In this document: positions 19,411-27,382 of the stretch, piece by piece
Position numbering within the stretch: the stretch's first letter is position 1
Layout: each line of letters opens with the position of its first letter
IMG/VR virus record: IMGVR_UViG_3300048606_000101
Span: 1-39,983 of that record
Length of the DNA stretch: 39,983 nt
DNA from: a virus
Lineage: Duplodnaviria; Caudoviricetes
Direction: 5' to 3' (one strand)
The notes under the pieces: generated by a model
The model's input: the letters and a program-made list of their open reading frames with translations, nothing else
What the model was told of the DNA's origin: nothing
The model's database searches: none
Made by a program: the position numbers and the translations under genes

Positions 19411-19713
19411 TTACTTCCCCTTCGCCTTGTGGCGGTGGTGCGTCTCGGCGGGCTCCTCGACGGAGACATCGACGTCTCTTACCGACTTGCGGAGCTCGGC
19501 ATTCAGGAGCGAAACGCCCATCGTGACGTGCTCCGACTCGAGCGACTCGACCTTGGCCGTGAGGGCCCGCAGGCGCTCGACGTCGTTGGTGATGTGGCGA
19601 AGCAGGTCGGGGCCGGAGACGCCGCGGCCGAGGTTCACTAGGTGCTCGGCGTCGAAGCGCTTCAGGACTTCGGCGAGCTCTTCGTGGATGCGCGGGACTC
19701 TATCGTCTAACAT
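19411..19713 (-). CDS. Hypothetical protein
   Basis: MLDDRVPRIHEELAEV..., with GAAAGGA RBS. Confidence 0.6.
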   Translation of the reverse strand: MLDDRVPRIHEELAEVLKRFDAEHLVNLGRGVSGPDLLRHITNDVERLRALTAKVESLESEHVTMGVSLLNAELRKSVRDVDVSVEEPAETHHRHKAKGK

Positions 19714-19726
19714 GGGGGGTTTCCTT

Positions 19727-21700
19727 TCAACCTGGAGGCGGTGGCGGGCCAGGCGGGGGCATTCCGGGCGGAGGGCCGCCGGGGGGCGGAGCGCCTGGAG
19801 GTGGAGGTCCAGGAGGGCCGGGGGGACCACCGGGGCCAGGAGGCGGGCCACCGGAAGCGGGCCCCCCCGGCCCAGCTGGAGCATTGGGATCAGCCGGCGG
19901 CGGCGGCGGCGACGACAAGAGCGAGACGCACCGGGCGACGTACTGCCGAAAGACGTCGAGCTTGTCCTCCTCGACCTTCTGATTCTTCGCCTCGATGTAA
20001 GCGAGGGTCATGCCCATCTTGAGAAGGTTCAGGTCGTCGAACGGCTCCGGCCAGTAGGCGGCCTTGCCGTGGTCGAGAATCGAGTCGATGTTGTTTTCGA
20101 GAAGCTCGCGGTTGACCGTCGTTCTCTTCATGAACGCCTCGAGGTCGGGGAATCCGATGAGCTCTTTGCCGTCCTCTGGCGAGAGCCAGCCGAGCTGAAT
20201 CCACTGCTCGATGGTCGCCGTCTTGCCCGCGGGCGTGCTCGGTAGGGCCGACGAGGGGTTGACCTTGAGGACCATCCACTTGTCCTCGATGTCGGCTTCC
20301 TTCAGCGAGACGGTTTTGACGAAGTGGTCGCCGACGTAGCGCGCAACGAAGGGGGTCTTCTTCCTCTCGGCAATCTTGCGCGCGAGGCGGAGGAGCTTCC
20401 GCGACACCTCCATGTGAAACTCGTCGTAGTCGTCGTGCACGGGGCCGAAGCGCTTGTTCTGCACGTCCTCATAGACGCGCTGCGCCTCGCCCGAGTTGAG
20501 TCCCGCCGGCTTTTGGCCAGTGGCCGATAGCGGCGAGACGCGCGCGAGCTCAAACGCCTTGTCGTAGAGCGTCCAGAGATACTGGTAGGTGTCGGCCGAG
20601 ACGACGACGGGGGCGACGAGTTGAGGCGGCTGCGGGCCGTCGAACTCGATGAGGCTCCCCGGCATGTTGTTGAACGCCGATTCGTTGATGGTCGCCGCTC
20701 GAGGGACGGCCCAGAAGGGAGAGCCGAGCAGGTGATGGGCCTCCTGGATGTTCATGGCGAGGCGGTTGATTTCGTACTGCACGCCCTGGAGCGCCTCGCA
20801 GATGCCCGAGCCCCAAAAGAACTGCGGGTCGTGGTCCCAGCGGAGGTGGCACGGTGGAAAGTCCTCTTCGGTGTGTTCTTCGTCGAAGAGCTCGGCCCCG
20901 TCGACCGCGATCGTGTGCCGCCCTGCCACGCCGGGGCCGTCGGGCAGACGCCACGCCTCGTGCACCATGACGAGGTCCGATTCCCGCCCGTCGAGCCCGA
21001 AGAGCTCGTCGTTCATCGGGGCGCCGGCCTTGTCGAGTGCCTCTCGGATTCGATGCTTGCGAAGAGTGCTCCGCTCGCCCGTCTCGGCAATCGACCACTG
21101 CTCCGCGAGCTCCTGGAGGTAGTAGCGGTCGTAGGGCTTTGAGCGGAACAGCTGCCGCGGCTTGCCGGTGTAGCTCTCGGCCTTGGGGATGAGGTACTCC
21201 CACGGCGGAACACGCTCGATGCAGACCTTGTCGAACGCCTCGTATGGCAGCTCGAAGCCGTTACCGAAGATGGCCGCGTGGTCAAACACCCGAGGAGAAA
21301 GCTGGTACTGCTTGGTCTCGTAGAAGAGCCCGTCCATGAACTGCTGGAGCTTCTGCGCGCGGCGACGAAGGCGGTAGTCGCCGTCCTCGGTGAGGAAGCG
21401 CGGGCGGGGCTTGCTCTGGGTAATCTCCGAGCGCGCGGTGTCGCACACGACGCGGACCACGTTGAGCGATAGCGGCGGGGCGCCGTGCCCGGTCGTGACC
21501 CACATGCCGATCGAGTTGCCGGAGAACTCCGAGGAGCCGTACATGTCGAGCCAGAAGGCGTAGTCAGCGCGCCGAGAGCCCTCCTTGGTGCGCAGTTCAG
21601 AGGTGAGGCCGCAGATGGCCTTGGCGCGCTCCTCTGGGGTGAGGTCGGCGCCCCACCATCGACGCTGGAGGCGAGCCTTGTCGACGCGGCTGCCCTTCAA
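19727..21700 (-). CDS. Portal (head-tail connector) protein
   Basis: 657 aa; LNVVRVVCDT...KPRPRFLT, AAIFGNGF, FWGSGICE.L..VQYEINR, SATGQKPAGLNSGEA motifs of P22-like portals; Pro/Gly tail. Confidence 0.9.
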   Translation of the reverse strand: MKGSRVDKARLQRRWWGADLTPEERAKAICGLTSELRTKEGSRRADYAFWLDMYGSSEFSGNSIGMWVTTGHGAPPLSLNVVRVVCDTARSEITQSKPRPRFLTEDGDYRLRRRAQKLQQFMDGLFYETKQYQLSPRVFDHAAIFGNGFELPYEAFDKVCIERVPPWEYLIPKAESYTGKPRQLFRSKPYDRYYLQELAEQWSIAETGERSTLRKHRIREALDKAGAPMNDELFGLDGRESDLVMVHEAWRLPDGPGVAGRHTIAVDGAELFDEEHTEEDFPPCHLRWDHDPQFFWGSGICEALQGVQYEINRLAMNIQEAHHLLGSPFWAVPRAATINESAFNNMPGSLIEFDGPQPPQLVAPVVVSADTYQYLWTLYDKAFELARVSPLSATGQKPAGLNSGEAQRVYEDVQNKRFGPVHDDYDEFHMEVSRKLLRLARKIAERKKTPFVARYVGDHFVKTVSLKEADIEDKWMVLKVNPSSALPSTPAGKTATIEQWIQLGWLSPEDGKELIGFPDLEAFMKRTTVNRELLENNIDSILDHGKAAYWPEPFDDLNLLKMGMTLAYIEAKNQKVEEDKLDVFRQYVARCVSLLSSPPPPPADPNAPAGPGGPASGGPPPGPGGPPGPPGPPPPGAPPPGGPPPGMPPPGPPPPPG

Positions 21701-21843
21701 GTGCCGCCCCTGCCAGCGAAGATGGGGCTGAGGCCGAGCAGCTCACGGATGCAGTTGACGAAGTAGATCTGCGGGATGCCGGCGCGCTTCCAATAGGCGA
21801 GGCCCCAATGCGACGGGGACCGCGGCGCCGCGCGCACGGTCAA
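21697..21843 (-). CDS. 48-aa hypothetical protein (not in ORF track)
   Basis: TTG start overlaps the upstream TGA and its TGA overlaps the portal TTG; MTVRAAPRSPSHWGLAYWKRAGIPQIYFVNCIRELLGLSPIFAGRGGT. Confidence 0.6.
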   Translation of the reverse strand: MTVRAAPRSPSHWGLAYWKRAGIPQIYFVNCIRELLGLSPIFAGRGGT

Positions 21844-22082
21844 CGGCCACTCCGCGAAGCCGGATTGTGCAGCGTAGCGACACGGCGGAACTCTTTCGTG
21901 CGGCGTGCGGCGCGCTCTGCGTCGGTGAGGACCTCTTCAGCCGGACGAAAGGTTGCGAGGTTGAGCGGTGCCGGGCCGAGCTGGAAGCTGAAGCCTGCGT
22001 CTGTCTCCGAATACGACAGGACGCCGAACTCGCGGCAAAGCTCGAGACGTTCCTTCAGCTCGGCAGTCGACTTACGGGGCAT
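21840..22082 (-). CDS. Hypothetical protein, first gene of the late operon
   Basis: MPRKSTAELKERLELCREFGVLSY...; GGAG RBS upstream. Confidence 0.65.
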   Translation of the reverse strand: MPRKSTAELKERLELCREFGVLSYSETDAGFSFQLGPAPLNLATFRPAEEVLTDAERAARRTKEFRRVATLHNPASRSGR

Positions 22083-22116
22083 CGCTCTCCGCAACGGACA
22101 AAGGCCCGTCCCGGCC

Positions 22117-22162
22117 ATTGTGCCAGAGTGTGCCACTGTGTCAACATGTGCCACGTGGCACA
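22117..22162 (-). promoter_or_regulatory. Late-operon sigma70-like promoter overlapped by TGTGCCA repeats
   Basis: Minus strand TTGACA(22144-22139)-N16-CACAAT(22122-22117) with TGn extension; TGTG(C/T)CA at 22119, 22129, 22137, 22147 and a perfect palindrome TGTGCCACGTGGCACA at 22147-22162. Confidence 0.55.
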
Positions 22163-23531
22163 GTCCTACGATGCCCTGGTCGAGCTCGCTCGGATGGCCC
22201 GCCCGGCGCTGCTCGATGGGCTCTTCCCGAAGCAGCGGGCGTTCATCGAGGACCCCTCACGGAGCAAGGCCGCGCTATGCACCCGGAGGGCCGGCAAGAC
22301 CTTCGCCGACGGGCGCTACCTGGCCAGGGAGGCAACGCGGCGCCCGAACATCCCATGCGCATACGTGAACCTCACCCGCTCGAATGCGAAGCGCCTGATG
22401 TGGCCCCAGCTCCACCGGATGAAGGCCACGTACTCCCTGCCGTGCGAGCCGAACGAGTCGGACCTGACGTTCCGCTTCTCCAACGGCTCGTCCATCTGGC
22501 TCGTGGGGGCCGACGATCAGCGCAAGGTCGAGCGCCTGCGCGGCGAAGGGTACGGCCTGGTCATCATCGACGAGCCCGGGAGCTTCCCCCAGCCGCTGCT
22601 CGGCTACCTGAAAGACGAGGTCATCGGCCCCGCGCTCATCGACCACCGTGGCACACTCGCGATGACTGGCACGCCTTCGCCCATCCCCGCTGGTACATTC
22701 TTCGATGCAACGACTAGCGAGACGACGGCCCACGGGGGGCGCTGGTCGCTGCACCAATGGTCGATGAGGGACAACCCCCACCTGCCCAACGTCGAGGAAG
22801 AGATTGCCAAGGTCCTTCGGGAGAACCACTGGACGATGGAGCATCCGAAGTTTCGCAGGGAGTACCTCGGTGAGTGGGTGAGGGACCTCGGGTCGCTCGT
22901 GTACCCCTACGACGCGGGGAAGAACTGGGTGGACAAGCTGCCCGACGACGGCGAGTGGATGTACACCCTCGGCATCGACTACGGCACCGTGGACGCGACG
23001 GCGTTCGCCATCCTGGCCTGGCGTCGCCGGGTGCCGCACGAGGTCTACCTCGTCGAATCGTGGGGCAGGTCTGGGCTCATCCCGAGCGAGGCGGCCGAGG
23101 AGGTGGCGAAGCTATGCCAGCGCTACCGGTTCGAGCGCATCGTCGGCGACGTGGGCGGTCTCGGCAAGGGCTACGTCGAGGAGGCTCGACGTCGTTGGAG
23201 CCTGCCCATCTCGCCGGCGCAGAAGCAGAACAAGCGCGGCTTCATCGAGCTCATGGCGGGGGACCTGAAAGCGGGGAACCTCCGCGTGGTCGGGCCGAAG
23301 TGCGGCGAGTGGATCGACGAAGCGGAGAAACTCCAGTGGGGAGACGACACGCACGAGGCGGAGGATGCCAGGTTCAGCAACCACCGCCTCGATGCTGCGC
23401 TCTACGCCTACCGCGAGGCCCGGCAGTGGAACGAGAAGCCGTTGGCGCCGGTACTCTCACCAGAGCAGCGCATCATTCGCGCGGCGGAGACTCGGTCGGC
23501 CCGGATGAAGAAGCCTTGGTACGCGCGGTGA
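22155..23531 (+). CDS. terL: Terminase large subunit (start uncertain: 22146/22155/22194)
   Basis: Q-motif FPKQRAF, Walker A CTRRAGKT, Walker B LVIIDE, motif III MTGTP, nuclease LGIDYG..D and NHRLDAALYA. Confidence 0.92.
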   Translation: MAQSYDALVELARMARPALLDGLFPKQRAFIEDPSRSKAALCTRRAGKTFADGRYLAREATRRPNIPCAYVNLTRSNAKRLMWPQLHRMKATYSLPCEPNESDLTFRFSNGSSIWLVGADDQRKVERLRGEGYGLVIIDEPGSFPQPLLGYLKDEVIGPALIDHRGTLAMTGTPSPIPAGTFFDATTSETTAHGGRWSLHQWSMRDNPHLPNVEEEIAKVLRENHWTMEHPKFRREYLGEWVRDLGSLVYPYDAGKNWVDKLPDDGEWMYTLGIDYGTVDATAFAILAWRRRVPHEVYLVESWGRSGLIPSEAAEEVAKLCQRYRFERIVGDVGGLGKGYVEEARRRWSLPISPAQKQNKRGFIELMAGDLKAGNLRVVGPKCGEWIDEAEKLQWGDDTHEAEDARFSNHRLDAALYAYREARQWNEKPLAPVLSPEQRIIRAAETRSARMKKPWYAR

Positions 23532-23811
23532 GCTTTTGCTTCGCCCACCAGACACGAAGCCGAGACCGCCACGGCAGTTTGCCGTAGCGCAGCGTCTCGA
23601 GCTCCGCGGCGAGCTCCTGTGTGCGTTGCGCGAGTCGCCGATTCTCCGCGCGCAACGCGACCGCAAACCTTGCCACTTCTCGGCAGAGCCACGGGTCAGG
23701 CTCGTCGGCGTCTTCGTGTGAGTATGCCATCAGCTGCTCGTCCGTGAATTGGTACGCGTCGACCACGGACACTCCAAGGCTTGGGAGCCAACGACGGCGT
23801 GGCTTGCTCAC
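23473..23811 (-). CDS. Hypothetical protein, last gene of the leftward early arm
   Basis: GTG start coupled to the upstream stop; overlaps the terL 3' end by 59 nt convergently. Confidence 0.5.
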   Translation of the reverse strand: MSKPRRRWLPSLGVSVVDAYQFTDEQLMAYSHEDADEPDPWLCREVARFAVALRAENRRLAQRTQELAAELETLRYGKLPWRSRLRVWWAKQKLTARTKASSSGPTESPPRE

Positions 23812-24086
23812 CGCTTCTTCCCCTTCGCCGACATCTGCCCTCTCTCCTGAGCAGCGGTCCACGGGAAACTCTGCCCGGGATCCTCCACCGCCGCCCGCAC
23901 CCAGTGCCGCGCGTGCTCCACGGGAAACTCTGCCCTCCAGGTTCCCTTGTGCTGCACGAGGATGAAGCGGTGGTCCTCGTCGAGGGCGAGGTCCCAGCCG
24001 TGCGCAGCGTCGAGCACGAGGTGATTGCGCTGGTCGTGGGTGTCGATGGCCTCTTTCAGCCGCACCGATTCGAGGGGGACGATCAT
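23808..24086 (-). CDS. Hypothetical protein
   Basis: MIVPLESVRLKEAID...; ATGA-coupled. Confidence 0.55.
   Translation of the reverse strand: MIVPLESVRLKEAIDTHDQRNHLVLDAAHGWDLALDEDHRFILVQHKGTWRAEFPVEHARHWVRAAVEDPGQSFPWTAAQERGQMSAKGKKR
23858..23935 (+). repeat. Perfect 19-bp direct repeat TCCACGGGAAACTCTGCCC x2
   Basis: Copies at 23858-23876 and 23917-23935, 59 nt apart. Confidence 0.85.
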
Positions 24087-24478
24087 GCCGTCACCAGCTG
24101 GACCTGGCTGCGCGGCAGGACGCGGCCGGCAATCTCGCAGTCGCGCACGCCGTAGATCTCCTTGCCGTCGACGACGGCGAGCCGACGGGGCGGAGCTGCA
24201 GGGTCGGTGAAGATTCGGTCGCCCGGCTTGAACTGCATCGGGTAGACCTCGCCGTTCTCTGCTCGGCGCCCCGGCCCCGACTTCGCGATGATGCATTCGT
24301 TCACGCGCAGGGTGTCCGGAATGACGATTCCCTTCGGGGTCGTTCCCTCGGACATCTCGACGGTGAGGATGTGCCAATCGAAGTCGGGCTCCACCTCGCG
24401 GGGCTCGCGGTCCATGATGGTGAGGTGCGCCACGGCGGCCTCCACCTGGTTGCGTACGGCTCTCAGCTTTCGTTTCAT
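24083..24478 (-). CDS. groES: GroES/Cpn10-like co-chaperonin
   Basis: EP..DW.I...EGTTPKGIVIPD (mobile loop)...IIAKSGPGRRAENGEVYPMQFKPGDRI...VDGKEIYGVRDCEIAG aligns by eye with GroES along its length. Confidence 0.85.
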   Translation of the reverse strand: MKRKLRAVRNQVEAAVAHLTIMDREPREVEPDFDWHILTVEMSEGTTPKGIVIPDTLRVNECIIAKSGPGRRAENGEVYPMQFKPGDRIFTDPAAPPRRLAVVDGKEIYGVRDCEIAGRVLPRSQVQLVTA

Positions 24479-24678
24479 GTTCTCTCCTGTTTGTATTCCA
24501 GCGCATCGCGCGCCGTCTGCGTAGCCGCCCCGTCGCTCGATACTTCAGCAATGTGCGCCAGAGCTTCGCGCAACCGCGCGTTCTCTGCGCGGAGCCTGTC
24601 CCGCTCTTTCTTCATCCTGACGGTGGAACCGCATTCCATGCACGGCTCGTCGTCGTCGTCTTCTTCTTGGCCCATCAA
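24475..24678 (-). CDS. Small CxxC + coiled-coil hypothetical protein
   Basis: CMECG then RLRAENARLRE. Confidence 0.55.
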   Translation of the reverse strand: MMGQEEDDDDEPCMECGSTVRMKKERDRLRAENARLREALAHIAEVSSDGAATQTARDALEYKQERT

Positions 24679-25166
24679 TGCATCTCCTTTGCTTTACCGG
24701 CCAGCATGGCCGTAACCTTTTCGCGTAGCGCGGGGTCCTCGAGGACGGAGCGGAGCAGCGCGTCGACGCCATCGGTGATGGGCTTACCCTCATCGAGGGT
24801 GCGCGCCTTGGTACCGACGCCGCGTATCTCGAGCTGCGTCTGCACGGCCTTGATTGCCGCCATGAAGTTCGGGTCCGCTACGTATTCGAGGTGCGAGCCG
24901 TCCTCGCCGTCGCTGACCTGGATGGCCCGCTTGTGCTCCATGGCCTGCCGCTGGATGTTCTCGAGCTCGGCGTACTTGGAGTCGATGAGCTCCTCGATGG
25001 GCTTTCCTCGGCGGGATAGCACGCCCGAGGCGACCACGGCATCGTCGCCCACGGTGCGCTCGTGAATGCTCCACTCCTTGGCGAGAGAGCGCCGAGAGCG
25101 TGCGCCCTTCCACTGGCCGGAGAGCATCATCCGGATAATATGGTCCTGCCGCTCTGCGGGGGTCAT
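24675..25166 (-). CDS. Putative terminase small subunit (HTH)
   Basis: 163 aa; HTH SRRSLAKEWSIHERTVGDD followed by helical oligomerisation-like segments (AAIKAVQTQLEIRG). Confidence 0.55.
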   Translation of the reverse strand: MTPAERQDHIIRMMLSGQWKGARSRRSLAKEWSIHERTVGDDAVVASGVLSRRGKPIEELIDSKYAELENIQRQAMEHKRAIQVSDGEDGSHLEYVADPNFMAAIKAVQTQLEIRGVGTKARTLDEGKPITDGVDALLRSVLEDPALREKVTAMLAGKAKEMH

Positions 25167-25363
25167 GGCCGCTCTCCGCATAAATGGCACGCCCTCTGAA
25201 ACTCCGCCTGTTCGATGAGGGCCGAGACGTCCTCGAGCCTGACGTACGGGACAGCCAGCACGTTGGTTCCGCAGCTGCACACGAAGATGCGCCCCTTGAC
25301 GACGGCGCCCTTCCCGCAGGGGCACTCAGCAACCAGGATGATTCTCGCGTTCTCCTCGCCCAT
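25163..25363 (-). CDS. Small Zn-ribbon protein
   Basis: CPCG...CSCG; coupled. Confidence 0.55.
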   Translation of the reverse strand: MGEENARIILVAECPCGKGAVVKGRIFVCSCGTNVLAVPYVRLEDVSALIEQAEFQRACHLCGERP

Positions 25364-25962
25364 CACAGCCCCCTCTTGCGCTTCGAGCGCTCGCGGTCGA
25401 GCTCTCGCTGGAGCCATCCGATCTGGTCGCAGTCATGCTGCTGCAACACCTTGTAGGTGTCGCGGTCCATCCGTAGGTCGCCGAGTTCGCTATCCGTGCT
25501 GCGCTTCAGGTTCTCCAGCTCGCGGCGGAGGGTGTCGCGCTCGGTGGTCACCGCGCCAAGCTGCGCAACATCCGTCGGCCTGTCCCGATCAGCCGCCAGC
25601 TCAGCCTTCAGCCGCTCGCACTCCTTCCGCGAGGAAGAGAGAGCCTTCATCGTGGACTCGTAGTGCGCCTGCCGTGTTCCTGTCTTGTCGAGGATGTAGC
25701 GACTCCCCCTACCGAAGCATTCATTCAAGTGCCCTCCGCCTTCCGCGGTGCCGCAGTCCACGCAGTAGAGCTGCGCCGGCTGGCTTATCGCCGACTGCGG
25801 ATACAGCTGCTTAGCCGGGTCTGCCTCGGCGCGCGCGCGTGGGGAGGGGGGGGGGGCCTCAAATGCTGGCCAACCTTGGCCGGTCGTCGAATCGTAATGC
25901 GACACGCAAGGCTCCACATTGGTGCAGGCGTGGCGCCCGTATCTTGCTCCGCATGTGCCCAT
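25363..25962 (-). CDS. Hypothetical Cys-motif / coiled-coil protein
   Basis: CVDCG motif, C-terminal coiled coil; contains a C11 run on the coding strand. Confidence 0.55.
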   Translation of the reverse strand: MGTCGARYGRHACTNVEPCVSHYDSTTGQGWPAFEAPPPSPRARAEADPAKQLYPQSAISQPAQLYCVDCGTAEGGGHLNECFGRGSRYILDKTGTRQAHYESTMKALSSSRKECERLKAELAADRDRPTDVAQLGAVTTERDTLRRELENLKRSTDSELGDLRMDRDTYKVLQQHDCDQIGWLQRELDRERSKRKRGL

Positions 25963-25965
25963 TCC

Positions 25966-26367
25966 CTACCTCCTGCTCGTGACACTACGCGATTTCTCTT
26001 GACATGTCCGCACTGGAGTCGCCTTCTGATCTCGCGCGTGCGGGTTGACGGCCGGAAGTGCTCTCGCTGCGGCTACCGCTTCCCTTGCCTCGGGAACGGA
26101 GTGGACGACGCAGTAACAGCCGTTGCCGACCAAGCGAACTCCATCACGCCAGACGCCCTGGTCAACACTCAGAACGCCATCGGCCACCTTGGCTTCGATG
26201 CCGAGGAACCTGCCGTAGGGTCCGACGCAGGCGATGATGTCGGCGCTGCCCTTGCCGAGCCCGAAGGAGACGCGCCCTCGCTTGCCGGAATTATTTCTCC
26301 ACGCGACGACGCCAGGCTCAAGCTCGAGCGCCGCGAGGATCGCTGACACCAGCTGCGTCTCGCTCAT
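25966..26367 (-). CDS. VRR-NUC domain nuclease (Holliday junction resolvase-like)
   Basis: MSETQL...WRNNSG...GSADII...FLGIEAK...S.DQ..W: PD-(D/E)xK VRR-NUC signature. Confidence 0.85.
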   Translation of the reverse strand: MSETQLVSAILAALELEPGVVAWRNNSGKRGRVSFGLGKGSADIIACVGPYGRFLGIEAKVADGVLSVDQGVWRDGVRLVGNGCYCVVHSVPEAREAVAAARALPAVNPHARDQKATPVRTCQEKSRSVTSRR

Positions 26368-26702
26368 GGCAGCTCCTGCTCTACCGGCATCAGAAACCCT
26401 CTCCCCGGCTTCTGAACAGGTTTGGGAAATCCCATGCGCTCACGATGAGCGGCTACGCCGAACATGATGGTTCGGTGGACGCGGCCGAAGACTTTGCCGA
26501 GGCGCGGGTAGCTCCAATGGCCAAGCTCGTACAACCGGCTCCAAAGCGCTTGGCGGGCGTGGGAGGCCCCTGGGTCCCGGGAGGTTCCCAAAAGCTCCAC
26601 CACGGTCACGTGGTGAGCCGCAGCGATGCGTTTCACGAGGGACAGTAGCTCCCCGTCGCCGTCCCGCTCGCGGAGTCGTGCCATGACCTGCTGTCCGGTC
26701 AC
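26364..26702 (-). CDS. DnaA C-terminal (domain IV) HTH protein
   Basis: IAAAHHVTVVELLGTSR...SHARQ...WSYPRLGKVFGRVHRTIMFGV mirrors Bac_DnaA_C (…LLSKSR…ARQ…SLPEIG..FGGRDHTTV). Confidence 0.8.
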   Translation of the reverse strand: MTGQQVMARLRERDGDGELLSLVKRIAAAHHVTVVELLGTSRDPGASHARQALWSRLYELGHWSYPRLGKVFGRVHRTIMFGVAAHRERMGFPKPVQKPGRGFLMPVEQELP

Positions 26703-27382
26703 GCTGCGGCCTCTTCGTCTTTCAGCTCGCACATGCGCTCTATGAGCTTCGCCGCTGCTTCGTAGCCAGAGCGACGGGCGGCACCGGCGGCGGCGTAGGC
26801 GGCGTCGGAGGCGGCGTCGGCGGCGGCGTCGGAGGCGGCGTCGGCGGCGTAGGCGGCGGAGGCGGCGGCGGCGTAGGCGGCGGAGGCGGCGGCGGCGGCG
26901 TAGGCGGCGGAGGCGGCGGCGGCGGCGTAGGCGGCGCGCACCTCTCGCGCGATGTCTCGCGCTTTCAGTGCGCTCTCGCGGTCCACAATCTCCGGCGCTT
27001 CCCGAAGGCGCTTCGCCAAGTCGGGCCGCTTCCTGGCTTCCAGCGCAGCCGGGGCGTACTCGTGAACTGCGGCGTTCGCTGCGAGATACGCCCGGCGGAC
27101 CATCAACTGGCGCGAACCGCGTGTGCCCAGCAGCTTCGGCAGGAGCGGTTTCAGAATCTCGTCGCGTAGCTTATCTCCGGCTTTGCCAGCGCCCATCCGG
27201 TCGTTCAGACCACGCACGAGCGACGCGATGACCGGGCACGTGCACCGCGGCGAGTCGGAGTGTTTCTCCCCGGCGAGCCAACTCACGATTTCCATCGCGC
27301 ACGCCCCGCTCTTGAAATCCTTGTGAGACCCGTGAAGAATCTTCATTCGGTCTAGTTTTGCTAAACGGTCCGGGTCGATCAT
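26699..27382 (-). CDS. Conserved phage hypothetical protein with Ala-rich repeat tract
   Basis: GSH...GACAME.VSWLAGE.HSD.P.C.CPVI...LND N-terminus seen in many phage proteins; AAYAAAAAS repeats. Confidence 0.7.
   Translation of the reverse strand: MIDPDRLAKLDRMKILHGSHKDFKSGACAMEIVSWLAGEKHSDSPRCTCPVIASLVRGLNDRMGAGKAGDKLRDEILKPLLPKLLGTRGSRQLMVRRAYLAANAAVHEYAPAALEARKRPDLAKRLREAPEIVDRESALKARDIAREVRAAYAAAAASAAYAAAAASAAYAAAASAAYAADAASDAAADAASDAAYAAAGAARRSGYEAAAKLIERMCELKDEEAAA
26786..26936 (-). repeat. Low-complexity tandem repeat of GCC/TCC/GAC/TAC codons
   Basis: 24-27-bp units such as GGCGGCGGAGGCGGCGGCGGCGGCGTA on the plus strand. Confidence 0.85.

Noticed and set aside
5644-19641. Long plus-strand ORFs (5644-7125, 9266-10285, 17185-18408, 18451-19641 and others)
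   Set aside because: Arg/Leu-rich shadow frames expected opposite real genes in high-GC DNA; no motifs.
19727-19910. Collagen-like or separate protein at the portal C-terminus
   Set aside because: Irregular Pro/Gly low-complexity tail of a kind common on portals; no sustained Gly-X-Y register.
22119-22170. Sigma54 promoter from TGGCAC motifs
   Set aside because: None of the copies has the required GG-N10-GC spacing.
23858-23935. CRISPR array
   Set aside because: Only two 19-bp units, inside a coding region, with no cas genes.
26786-26936. DGR variable region (all NNC codons)
   Set aside because: No reverse transcriptase and no AAC-rich template repeat seen; codon set too restricted.
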